From Lingula anatina (Eukaryota; Animalia; Brachiopoda), in NCBI GenBank assembly GCA_051362555.1, contig CM120640.1:31825967-31889966 (forward strand): 64,000 nucleotides of DNA, given 5' to 3'. A model generated the notes under the pieces. The model was not told the origin of the DNA, did not search any database, and saw nothing but the letters and a program-made list of their open reading frames with translations. A program made the position numbers and the translations under genes. Positions 38,601-50,056 of this stretch are shown piece after piece (within the stretch, counting starts at the first letter, position 1; each line of letters begins with the position of its first letter).

Positions 38601-39780
38601 CAGTGACAGTTCCAGACAGACAGGTGGGAAAACATGACCCCATCTATTTTGGAAGCTACAAGAATCCAGGAATTTTAAGTGTCAAAAACTGTAAGATCCT
38701 TAAAGGCTTTTTCTGGGCATAGTAAACTTTAAAGCAATCAAATGAATTAAATTCATAAATTTAAATGTTAATGCATGTCTTGAAAATAAATATGAATACA
38801 CATTACGTTAGAAATTATACATGCTAGAATTACATTTTTTTTTGTATTTTAAATCTAATATCCAACTCTTACTTATACATAAATATCATAATTATCATTA
38901 TCATTTTTTAACAAAAACAAATTCCATATTCATACCAATATTTCTTAAAACCAGAATGGCCACATTTAGCCTATTAAAAAGTCTGGCTGGCATATCTTTG
39001 GTGTTTTGCCCAATCCATATAGCAACAGGTGCTCCACTGCCTGAATAAAAATGAATAATAATAACAAAATTTCTATTGATATACCAGGAAAAAAGGAAAA
39101 TCCCTACACAATGGTTTAATGTATATATACAAATATGTCTATATACAAAGTTAATTTTGTTGTTCAATAATTTATGGGTAACTGTCTGTGCTGTTCATAA
39201 AATGTTAATAAATTCACATTGGGTGTGTATACTTTTGCTCTGTGTTTATGTACATGGTCTGGTCATATTGAATAATGTTTAACCCTTGCTCGGGATCTAA
39301 GTAATAAAGTATAAAAATTATTTTCATTGGCCTACAAATGTTTCTCTTGGGGACTCTTTAGAGGTGTACAAGTTTAGAACTTATACTGAAATGTGTGCTT
39401 CCTAGGTAACATAACTCACATGTATACACCTCAGCCGACAAGTGTAGCCATCTACATGTAGTTGTTTTTCATGGCCAATGGTGACAAACTGGCACCCGAT
39501 TTTTTTTACTCCTGAAGAAGTTGCTGAAAATATATTACGAGAAAAATTATACCTTTCAACCCAATCATAATATTGAATTGTCTGCATCTTGCACATATAA
39601 TTAACATAATTTATATAAACACAGGGGCAGATTAAAGATTTAGACTGTCTTCAGCTTACATAATTGGTGGGTATCTAATTTTTTCTGTTGGAAGACGGTC
39701 CAAAAAATAAAAGATGGATTGACAAAGATAATTTGGAAGACTCAGAAAATATCTCTGGATCCGCCCCCGTAAACCTTTTA

Positions 39781-39834
<54 letters not shown>

Positions 39835-39866
39835 TGAAAATTCTCAGACACAAGCCTAAAATTTTC

Positions 39867-39918
39867 CGTACCGTTAGCTTACGGCCAACCTGGTCGAAGG
39901 CCTTCATCAGACTGACGT
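39867..39918 (-). ncRNA. Hammerhead-ribozyme-like motif in the 3' pLTR
   Basis: Reverse complement of the motif at 41211-41262. Confidence 0.6.
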
Positions 39919-39934
39919 GAGTAGTTGTTCACAC

Positions 39935-41128
39935 TCACTGACCGCTAGATGGTATAGCGGCCAGGACCCTCTTATAAATGTCAGGTAGATCAACCCCCCC
40001 GTCCCTATTCATGGGTGGCTGGTGTCGGCTGATGTGGATAGCCTCTCGTATTTTTCGCGGGATGTCGGATGATTCAGATTCAAGAATCTTAGTTGAATTC
40101 CAATCTATACTGTGGCCGGTGTCTATTACATGTTCAGAAATGGCAGAGCTGGTATTGCCTACAGTCACTGATTTCCTGTGTTCACTCACCCTGATCTTCA
40201 ACTGTCTACCTGTCTCACCAATGTAAAAGGAATTACAGTCATGGCAATTGATCCTGTATATTGTCCCACAACGGTGATCTTGGGGGGTTTTGTCCTTTGG
40301 TGCCACTAGGTGTTGTTTCAATGTGCACTGAGGTCTAAAAGCTGTGTTGACACTGTGCTTCTTGTAGATCCTGCACACTTTCTCTGAAATTCCTTTACAA
40401 TAAGGGAGGATCACTAGCTGTTTTTTTCCGACTGTATCTGTTGGCTCACAGTTAGTTACTGCTGTCTTATCCTGGCGAAGTTTGGTCTTTAGAGCCCAAG
40501 GTGGGTAACCACACATCAAGAGAGCCTCATCTAGTGTCTTGTTCTCCAAGGTCTTGTCTTCCTCATTAGTCACGATCGTGTTGCACCTGTGTTTTAGAGT
40601 TCTTACTACCCCCAGTTTCTGATGTAATGGGTGGTGCGACTGGAAGTTTAGGTATTGGTTGGTATGAGTGGCCTTCCTGTAGACCTTCAGACTCAGGTGG
40701 CCGTCGTTTTCACGTGTGATCAATGAATCCAGGAAAGCAATAGAATTGTTATCCTCTAGCTCTCTAGTGAACTTGATGTTACGGTCTTGGCTGTTGATAA
40801 AATCGGTGATAGCAGTTATGTGGTCTCTGTGGCAGATGGTGAACGTGTCGTCTACATATCTCAACCAAAGACGTGGAGGATTGGGCATGGATCCCAGTGC
40901 GGCTTCCTCAAAGTTCTCCATATACAGATTAGCCACGATCGGACTGATTGGACTGCCCATGGCTGCTCCATGTTTCTGTTTATGGAATTCACCCTTATAG
41001 ATAAAATATGTGGTGTTCAATACAATGTCTAATAGCTCTGTGATGTCCTCTACTGATAGATTAGTACGTCCATTGAGGGTGGGATCTAGCGTAAGTCTGG
41101 AACTAATCACTTTAAGAGCATCATCCAC
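39935..41128 (-). CDS. Penelope-like reverse transcriptase (C-terminal half) + GIY-YIG endonuclease, N-terminally truncated
   Basis: GAAMGSPIS, RYVDD, VYRKATHT, GTIYRINCHDC...YIGETGR, SAISEH and KIREAIHI...MNRD, in an uninterrupted frame. Confidence 0.92.
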   Translation of the reverse strand: MDDALKVISSRLTLDPTLNGRTNLSVEDITELLDIVLNTTYFIYKGEFHKQKHGAAMGSPISPIVANLYMENFEEAALGSMPNPPRLWLRYVDDTFTICHRDHITAITDFINSQDRNIKFTRELEDNNSIAFLDSLITRENDGHLSLKVYRKATHTNQYLNFQSHHPLHQKLGVVRTLKHRCNTIVTNEEDKTLENKTLDEALLMCGYPPWALKTKLRQDKTAVTNCEPTDTVGKKQLVILPYCKGISEKVCRIYKKHSVNTAFRPQCTLKQHLVAPKDKTPQDHRCGTIYRINCHDCNSFYIGETGRQLKIRVSEHRKSVTVGNTSSAISEHVIDTGHSIDWNSTKILESESSDIPRKIREAIHISRHQPPMNRDGGVDLPDIYKRVLAAIPSSGQ

Positions 41129-41210
41129 CGGTACACTGATCTACCTGACATTTATAAGAGGGTCCTGGCCGCTATACCATCTAGCGGTCAGTGAGTGTGA
41201 ACAACTACTC

Positions 41211-41262
41211 ACGTCAGTCTGATGAAGGCCTTCGACCAGGTTGGCCGTAAGCTAACGGTACG
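41211..41262 (+). ncRNA. Hammerhead-ribozyme-like motif (minimal type, variant core) in the inverted pLTR
   Basis: CTGATGA (41219-41225), A, GGCC stem II, loop, GGCC, then GTAA instead of GAAA, then GCTA. Stem I pairing is weak. Penelope pLTRs are known to carry minimal hammerheads. Confidence 0.6.
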
Positions 41263-41329
41263 GAAAATTTTAGGCTTGTGTCTGAGAATTTTCATATTTA
41301 TCCAACAACCAAGCTAATGAACCTTTTTG

Positions 41330-41378
<49 letters not shown>

Positions 41379-42787
41379 ACATGACGAGACTTTTTTAATA
41401 TTCAACTACCCCCAGTTTCTTGTGATAATGTTCTATTCTTGGCCAGTCTCTCAAAGGGAATTGACATAGGTGAATTTACCCTCCTTTCTTCCACAATACT
41501 AAGTACAATAGACACAACTAAAAAAATAATAAGCCCTAGTCAGTTCAATATGTCTTCATGTTTCACAAAATACAAAAATTGATGTTGGGTGGAGAATAAG
41601 TCAAATGTCAGATCTAATACAGAGTACTAAAATTCTCCAAATTATGTCTTTTAACTTGTTTAAATATACAAATAAATGTAGCGATTTTTTTTATTAAAAC
41701 AGGATAATTAAAAATTATATAGATTTGTTACTGCCTTATGTCAAGCATATCTTATAGCAGAGTTACAGTTATTGAAGAGATAATTAACTGCCTACATTTA
41801 ATTTAGTAAAAACAACTCAAATACAAAATTTAAATCTAAGAGTCCCATATAATGGATTTAATACTTACCAAGACAGCATAGTACATGTCCTCATCTAATG
41901 CAAACTCTGACACATATAATATTCTCAGGTCTTTTTATATCACTGACAGAGAAAAAATTAAAATCAGAAGCAAGTGGAATTTAATTCAAATTAATCTATT
42001 TATTACAATTTGGGATAGAAAACAATTGTACTAACTAAATGCCACCAAACCTATACGTGTATGAAAAAAAAAAGAAAATGTAGAGAAAGAAAAGTATTGA
42101 GAATAATGTTTTTTTTAAACATAAATAAGGAAGGTAACCTTTTTTAATAACTACTACATATATATCAATGCATTTTAAAAAGTGCCAGTACATTTAAAGG
42201 TGGTTATATAAAATTCAATTTTTTCATTATACAGATATTTGAGGTTTAATTTATAACACCTATCACAAAAAACAGTGCAATGTTCTTTGAGACATAATGA
42301 AAAGGAGAAAAAATTAAGTCAAAAGAAATATTTATGTATAATGGCTAAAAAATTATTGATTTTTTTTTCTTTAAAGCATATTCAGTTACCTATTCAAAGA
42401 GAATATGGGTAACCTTAGAAAAATAAGCCATGCCTTCATAATATACAATCCTGGACATTACATGAAGGCTCACATGGAATGAAACACCTGTAAAAAGAAC
42501 AATTTAAATGATGATGTTTCTACCTCATATGACCAAAGCGTTCATTTTCTTTTAAAGATCTTGGAAACATCTTGACAGCTTTAAAGTTATAATATGTATT
42601 ATTCAAACACGTAAACATAATAAATTTAAATAGCGACCTTCATTGCTGTCATATCAAGTTTACCGCTATTTTCAGCTTAATATGTCTACGTCATCATTTG
42701 TGAATGGGAATACAGCGCACCAAGTGGTATGAAAAATAACTAGTTTTCACACGAAGCCCTCTATTGGCAAAATCCTCTAGCCCATCT

Positions 42788-44281
42788 TAGCACACGAAGC
42801 ACAGGCTTCAAACAACTGCGCATGTGCGAAAAGTGCGCTGTTTGAAATGAACAAGTTGGTGAAATTGACAAAGCCTGCCGGTGTTTACCGTCTGGTTGAT
42901 TTTATTTCATTAGCTCTCTGGTGTCTTTTTGAAAGTTTTTATTAGAAATGTTCTATTGATTTTATGTTGTAAAAAGTAAATCCGTCTGAATTCCTTAGAA
43001 AAACGTTTATTTTACCTTCATTTGAAGGGGATTCCTATTGTATTTATAGTGTTATATGTGGCCCCAATGGGGATTTTCACACCTCCCCCACTCTTGATTA
43101 ATAAAATTCTTCATCTGGAGGATTGTAAATTATATTGCAAAATACATTGAAAATCGTAGGAAGGTTAACTGCAGATAATGCTGCGAGGATATTCTTAACA
43201 GTGGGGGAACTCGGCCAATATAAAATTTTTAACTTCGTTTTACGATTTTGGAGCGCCTGTTCTAATTTTTGAAAGCGAGACAATGGAACCAAACAATGCG
43301 ATACAATTTGTAATCTCATAAAAATTGCTATTTTTATATAAAGGTCATAGCATGGAGTACATCGAAATGCGACTTGTTTATTATTATGATCTTAAATAAT
43401 AATAAATATAAAACAAACGATATAATACGTTCTTAACGTTAGCCTATTTATTAGCTTAATTGATTTTTTTTTCATATTTGGAGATTAAAAACACAAAAGT
43501 TGTCTGGTTTCATATCGAGGCACTACGTTTCGTTCGTGTGCTAGCACACGAACGAAACGGAGCGCCTCGATATGAAACCAGACAACTTTTGTGTTTTTAA
43601 TCTCCAAATACTTTAAAAAATCAATTAAGTTAATAAAAGGCCGGGAACAAGAACTTCTTAAATCATACATTTTATATTAATGATTATTAAAGATCATAAT
43701 AATAAAAGAGTCGCATTTCGATTTACTCCATGCTATGGTATTTATTGAAAAATAGCAATTTTTACGAGATTACAAAATTTATTGTTTGGTTCCATTGCCT
43801 CTCTTTCAAAAATTAGAACTGGCGCTGCAAAACCGGGAGACGAAGTTAAAAAATTTATATTGGCCGATTTCGCCCTGGAACAAGAATGTCCTCGCAGCAT
43901 TATCTGCAATCAACCTTCCTACGATTTTAAATACATTTTGCAATGTCATTTTCAATCTGGCACATGGCGCATTTTATGTATCAAGAGTGGGGGAGGGGTG
44001 AAAAATCCCAATTGGGGCCACATATAACACTATAAATACAATGGGGATCCACTTGTAATGAAGCTAAAATAAATGTTATTCTAAGGAATTCCGATGGATA
44101 TACTTTTTAAAACACAAAATCAATAAAACATTTCTAATTTAAAATTTCAAAAAGACACCAGAGAGCAAATGAAATAAAATCAACCAGACGGTAACCACCG
44201 GCAGGCTTTGTCAATTTCACCAACTTGTTTATTTCAAACAGCGCACTTTTCGTGCATGCGCAGTTGTTTGAAGCCTGTGCT
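42788..44281. mobile_element. 1.5-kb palindromic element (inverted dimer of a ~755-bp TAG-ended MITE) with 8-bp TSD
   Basis: The arms are reverse complements around a perfect 34-bp palindrome at 43526-43559. TSD GCCCATCT at 42780-42787 and 44282-44289. Confidence 0.85.
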
Positions 44282-44527
44282 GCCCATCTTAGAATACGAC
44301 TTCCGACTTCCTCAATCTTGCCCCCTGAGAAACAGTCCCGCACAAAATGGCGCGAACTGCGCATGCTCACGATGCCGTGGAAACACTATTCCCTGCAAAA
44401 CGTATCAATAACTGGAGTGCGTTGCACATGACAAATCACATTCATCTCTTTACGCATTTGTTTTATTAGGTAGCTTTTGGGCAGCCCATTGTCAAGTAGT
44501 GTTAGTTCATGGTTACAAGCGTCTGAC

Positions 44528-44765
44528 ATGTGCAGAGGAGTTTATTGTAATATATATTTTTCTTATTGTTAGCCTACATTATTAAATCTAACTCTGTATC
44601 CAAGTACTGTAGTAACTATAGGCCTACTGTACCAAGTCAGGTACTGATGATGTGCAGATTAGTTTATTGTAATATATATTGTTCTTATTGTTACATTATT
44701 AAATCTAACTCTGTATCCAAGTAGTAACTATACTGTACCAAGTCAGGTGCTGATTATGTGCAGAG
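44528..44765. repeat. ~120-bp imperfect tandem duplication
   Basis: atgtgcaga..agtttattgtaatatatat...ccaagtcaggt.ctgat occurs twice. Confidence 0.75.
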
Positions 44766-46801
44766 GTCATATATTCCAGAATAAGGCATTAGGCCCTACC
44801 ACTAATTTATAACTTTTATTTTTGTTTAATATGTTATTCATGAAAGAGTTCATGAAAGATTATTTGAAGTTGTTAAATCGTGATCTTATCCTTTACATAT
44901 TCAAATAAATGAATAATTTGGGTAAAATTGGTCTTCCACTTCTTATTTGCATTTTTCCTTTACTACAAGATTGTTTTGGAACAGTTGCAGCATTTTTTAA
45001 AAATTAAAATGAATAGCAATCTGAAAGAAGAATTTTGCATAATTACTAAATGATGATAGGAATTTTGGATTGATAAGAGATTAGTTAAATAGTGAAATTG
45101 TCAGTCAATTTATGTAGAATCTGATAATCTGATAGAAAATACTGATTGAATTCTTGGCCTTGCACTGGGCACTTTTACATTTGTGCCAATATAAAATCCC
45201 CCTTTTTTAAACGAAGTCCAAACCAGTTATAATCGTTGTTTTCCCTGAGCCCATTCTGGGACACCTGGAGGCGTAAACGCAGCAGATCCCTTGCTCAGAT
45301 TCTACTTCTGTGTAAGAATGCATCTCACGTTTGATTAATTTCATTTTTAAACGCCTTTTATCATCTTGGAATATGTAACCCCTAACTGGCCATGCTGTGA
45401 CAGTCCTCAACTGTTCTTTTTTATATAAGCCACGCGGCACCCGGATATGGGTCTGTGGAGACAAACTTATAATGGTGGGATGAAATTTTAAAATTCAGAC
45501 ACCAATAATTAGATAATGTACAGGTGAGGCTTCCTGTAGCTTTTTAAATCTGATACTATTTATGCGAAGGCTTTGCAATTAGAATAAAGCATCTCAAAAA
45601 GCGCCAATGCAAGAAAGCTGTTCATAACTATACATTGGCGTGGAATGGCCAATTGGCTCATCTGCCATACAGGGTAGGTGCATAGGATTCATGAATGTGT
45701 TAGTTGTACTGGAAACAAGATCTACATCTACCTTTAGCTAAAACACCCATCAACTCCCTTTACATTGCATTTTCCCCTTTAAACAATTTTTGACATTGTT
45801 ATAGTTTGCTGAATGAACGACAAAGCTTTCAAGCGTTGGATTTGAAGGAATAGTCATATTAAATGGCAATGGTGCGTAAGGAAATATCCTTAGCTGTCTG
45901 GCTATTCGAAACGTTAATAAAACGTCAGCCGTGCTTGAACCTGTGTACATACCACATAGCGGTTTGTGGAGAAACACCTATTCAGCTCTTAGGCGTTTGT
46001 CCTTTCTTTAAAAAATGTTCAAACTACATACCCTTAGGGCTATACCCAGTGCACGCAAAAAGAGGTGTCGGTGCGGGAGCCGCCCGTAGCGGGTAACTCG
46101 CTAAGAGGGTGACTTCTTAGTGAAATAAACAAAAACGTCGTGTCTCATAAACAGTATGCACAAAAAAAAAAAAAAAAAAAAAAAAAAACGCACACACAGT
46201 TTGACTTACGCACTGCAGGTGAGAAAAGCTGGTGCTCTGCCAGCAAAGAGCGTTTCCGGTCAGCAAGCGATCTTCATCGGCTGGGAGAAGCCAATGACGG
46301 AAATTAGTAGTAAATTTGTACGAAGATTTTCATCCTTATTGCTAAGTTACAAGGATCAGTTCCGGACGAAAAAAAACCTGTGGCGGGAATAGCTTATTTG
46401 CAAAAGTTCGGAAGAAGAAGAAGAAAACGAAAAGGAGTAAAAGATTAAGGTAAATAGATACATTAAAATTACAAAATTGGTCAAAATAGCATTTTTCCGA
46501 TTTCTATTATAGAAAATACTTAACTTGATATTAATGCAATAAAATTAATCACGTTTAGAGAAAAAAATTTTGGTCTTTTATTTACCAGCCCACGCATTTC
46601 TGCATGCTTTAAAGCTTTGCACCCATTTCTCGTCAATTAAAGTAATTAAAGTGTTTCGAAAATTGGTGAAAAATAGTGATGGAATTGCACCGTAACTCCT
46701 GCAATTCTTTGCCAGGGTTTGCTGTTGAATTTTATTGTTTATGGGATATGAACCTCTAATTACCGGTACGATGTTCCATCAAACAAAGGCATTATGTCAC
46801 C

Positions 46802-46966
46802 CAGGCCCGTAGCCAGGGGGGGTTTGGGGGGTTCGAAAGAACCGCCCCTTTTGCTGGGAAAAGGTCCACTTTGGGTAAAATTTGATCTAGGTACGTGGAT
46901 TTTTTATAGGAAAAGGTGCACTTTTTCAGAAAAAAAAACCTTTTGAAATTGCTCACTACGGACCTG
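46802..46966. mobile_element. Short MITE
   Basis: TIR caggcccgtag / ctacggacctg with a TCACC direct repeat on both sides. Confidence 0.6.
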
Positions 46967-47307
46967 TCACCTCTTTACCAATAAAATCAGAATTAAAACT
47001 TTTTTCTAGTGTAGTGGTGGGAGATTTAAAAAAAAAACAGTGGCGAACAACGCCGTGGCGAACAACGCCGTGTTTTTGCCTTTCTATGTCATGTCGCTGT
47101 CATGCTGCTGTCTCATGTTGACTAATCTTTATTAATTTAAGCATTTCAAAAATCCTGAAATCTAGTTTTACAAGGAAGGAAATTTTTTCATGTACCTCGG
47201 GGTCACAATGGGGGTATGTATAAAACCCTGGAGGAAATGGCGACTTTTATCCTATTTGCCATTAGTCAGTTTGACGTGAATTGGGCACATATTTGGGATC
47301 GGTATAT

Positions 47308-47525
47308 TATAAAGAGAAGCGTCACGACACAGCTGTCACTACTGGAGAGATTGACAGGCGTTGCTTTTTACTCTGTAATCGTTATTTATCATTCCAGTGT
47401 CACAAATTTCAAAGATACATACTAAAACAAACGTTATGATTTATGTTATTCTTGCAAATAGGTACGATGTCCGCATAACAAAGAGCCGTTGGACCGATCT
47501 CACAAAACAGAGGACAGCTTACAAG
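47308..47525 (+). promoter_or_regulatory. TATA box and putative non-coding first exon of the TIR-less receptor
   Basis: tataaagagaagcgtcacga is conserved with 54341. Donor ttacaag|gtaagt at 47525 and acceptor ttctctttctaatttcag at 48379. Confidence 0.6.
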
Positions 47526-48481
47526 GTAAGTGGAAAAACATCTTTATACAAATTAAATAAGATATATTGTTCTACAGCATTTGGTTGATAATGGTAATTT
47601 GTAAAACAAGGAGGTTACGGCTTGAACTAGAAACAATGCGTATAGATTAAGTGTTTCTAGTGCATACTAGTAAAGAAATAAAGACCTATTTCGATTTTGT
47701 ACAAACATTGGTCGTAACTCCTTAATGTAAACTGTTGAGCATTAAAGCGTAACAAAACATAACATCACCTGAGCGTGTGATTGTGACTGCGTGCGAGAAT
47801 GTGAGCATAAAACGGATTGTCTCTGGTGACATGTCGGGGTATTTGCCTGCTAGATATATTTTATGCAGAAATAAAATCATTAAAAGACCTCGAAATAACC
47901 CTTCGTTGCTCCTTTTAGATTGAATACATTGAACATTCCAGTGCTGCTTGTTCCACAGCCTCATATTATATTTAAAACGTGCCTGTCGCTGTGTTTATAA
48001 ATGTTTGACGAAGAGTTCTGTCTTGTGCAGCTGCTGCACTAGTACTATGATGGAAAAAATCCATAAATGACTGCATATGTAACGCAGCCGTTGTATAGGG
48101 TGACGTAATCTAGACACTTGTTTGAGCTATGCCTTTGGTGTCAATCCTTTGTACACGAAACAGATGCGGTTTTAATCCAATCTTATTGCGTCAACTCTCA
48201 CGTGTTAGACATGTTTGTAAGATTAATAAGATGGCTAAAACAATGAAGAATAAGCTTGCAAATATAGATATAGATTGCATTAGTTACAAAAACGACAAAG
48301 GTTAACGTAGAGATCGGCTAAACTGTTTTAAGGTTTCAAAGGACTTGCATACCTATTGCAATTCTCTTTCTAATTTCAGACAACAACTCTCAAATGTCAA
48401 TTTGATCTTTTACTTGAGACAGACAGTGTTATAAACAACCCACGAGAGTTCAAAATTTGATTTGAACTGAATAACCCATAG

Positions 48482-50056
48482 ATGACGTCCTGGATAAGGC
48501 GGAACTCTCTCATTGCTGCCCTGAATCTGTTCCTTCTACCTTGGCTTATCGCTGCTTGGCAAACTATAGACAGCGAGTTAGGACTCCATAACGAAGTCGA
48601 AGCAGGGCCTGTAACGATAGCAGACATCGACAATGAGACGAATTTGCCACCTTACTATAAAGCTGAGCTGAAGAACGTCCGTTCTCTAAATGGCTCGTTC
48701 ATCCCGGTTCCCTGGCATTTCTGCGATGTTTCTTATCCATCCGACGAGTCGGTTAACGTCTCGTGTGAAATTCCTGCAAACGATTACCTATCTTTGAAAA
48801 AATATCAAAGTTGGATTGAATTAGTTAACAGAACAAACCGACTCAAGGTAAAATGTGACAGTGGCGGGAATATATCAGCACCATGGCCAATGAAAGTGTC
48901 TGGTCTTCAATCTTTAGAAATTGAAGGATGCAACGTGAAAGATTATATCCGCCACCAAGCATTCGGTGACTACTACTCATATACAGGCCCAGATGTTCTA
49001 AAAGTTTTAAAAATCTTCAATTCAGTTCTGTATTCAGACTTCTTGAGTCTTAATCAAACATTTTACAGAAAAAGCGGGAGCAGAGACACCGAATGCGGTT
49101 CCCTTGAACTACGAGAATTGCGCATGCGTGACATTACCATTGGTTTTGAGCAAGCGTTGAAGATACCAATCCAATTACATGGAAACAAAGCAACAGATAA
49201 TTCAACTTTTAAACCAATAGAACAATATGAGAAACCCAAACTCGACGGACCATTTCCACAGCCTCAAATGTGGTGCTCACATAATCATATGGGGATATTG
49301 GAATTCTCAAACTATGCTTTTTTCAGGGTACTCATAAAGATGCTGATACGGGGTCATGGGTATCCTGTGCTTCATACATTCATTGCTGACAGAAACAACA
49401 TAACGGTCTTTCCATACGCATTATTTGCAACAATAATATATTTTCCAAAGCTACGATATGTGGACCTTCGTTACAACAATATAACTGAGCTGAAAATACC
49501 GCCAGGATCTAAGCGCAAATTTGATTTACGACACAACAGCATTCAAGATATTACAACAAGAAACATCGAGTCAATGCTGGAACCGTATGTGGCAGATGTG
49601 GATTTTCGGAACAACCCAATTAATTGCGGATGTAAAAATTTCGAAGTGGTTAAATATGTAAGAACAAAAACTGTCCTAAATAAACTAAAGAATTCAACAT
49701 TCCGCTACCTGTTCGACATGCCCTGCAATCATGGCACGATCACAACAACGTTTCAATCTGTCAGTTTGGATGATTTTGATGACTGTTTTATTATTCGTCA
49801 CAGAAGCAGTGTCCCTTGGGTGGTTTTAGGGTTATTGACTTGTTTTGGGGTGTTGACAACCGTGTTTGCCGTATATTTTAGACGAGAAATTCATATTCTT
49901 TTGGAGACGAGGTCAAAGTGCGGGTGCTGTGGGCCTAAGTCTCGTTCGACTGAACGCCGCAATTCCAACACCTCTTGCAACGTCGAGGACGAAAGTACAT
50001 CTGCCCGGGAGTTAGAGATTCAAAAGCGGAATATGTATCATACTAGTACACTCTAG
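48482..50056 (+). CDS. TIR-less Toll-like receptor paralog (signal peptide, Cys-rich N-module, LRRs, LRRCT, TM, short tail), 524 aa
   Basis: Hydrophobic N-terminus. LRRs LHTFIADRNNIT, LRYVDLRYNNIT and FDLRHNSIQ. LRRCT VDFRNNPINCGC. TM WVVLGLLTCFGVLTTVFAVYF. Collinear with 55312-57327. Confidence 0.9.
   Translation: MTSWIRRNSLIAALNLFLLPWLIAAWQTIDSELGLHNEVEAGPVTIADIDNETNLPPYYKAELKNVRSLNGSFIPVPWHFCDVSYPSDESVNVSCEIPANDYLSLKKYQSWIELVNRTNRLKVKCDSGGNISAPWPMKVSGLQSLEIEGCNVKDYIRHQAFGDYYSYTGPDVLKVLKIFNSVLYSDFLSLNQTFYRKSGSRDTECGSLELRELRMRDITIGFEQALKIPIQLHGNKATDNSTFKPIEQYEKPKLDGPFPQPQMWCSHNHMGILEFSNYAFFRVLIKMLIRGHGYPVLHTFIADRNNITVFPYALFATIIYFPKLRYVDLRYNNITELKIPPGSKRKFDLRHNSIQDITTRNIESMLEPYVADVDFRNNPINCGCKNFEVVKYVRTKTVLNKLKNSTFRYLFDMPCNHGTITTTFQSVSLDDFDDCFIIRHRSSVPWVVLGLLTCFGVLTTVFAVYFRREIHILLETRSKCGCCGPKSRSTERRNSNTSCNVEDESTSARELEIQKRNMYHTSTL

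Larger units (their letters stand above)
39828..41330 (-). mobile_element. 5'-truncated Penelope-like retroelement with an inverted pLTR, inserted in (TA)n
   Basis: ~165-bp inverted repeats at 39828-39992 and 41137-41301, with (TA)n on both sides. Contains an RT + GIY-YIG ORF. Confidence 0.92.
35690..44311. mobile_element. MULE/Mutator-like non-autonomous element, ~120-bp TIRs, 9-bp TSD
   Basis: Left TIR ggaagtcgtattctaagatgggctagagg...gacgtagac. The right TIR is split into 42684-42787 and 44290-44311 by an insertion. Flanks are TCACTCTTG (35681-35689) and TCAATCTTG (44312-44320). Confidence 0.7.
30391..44390. mobile_element. Degenerate ISL2EU/Harbinger-group element (convergent exonuclease and THAP genes) hosting nested TEs
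   Basis: Imperfect termini aatacagtgttttccacgg / ccgtggaaacactatt. The + strand fragment ELKTYLIDSKDRTYDKKFVRAFKSLKAYRYFQDGYVQKI (34081-34200) resembles the N-terminus of ISL2EU YqaJ-type nucleases, and a THAP remnant lies on the minus strand. Confidence 0.55.
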
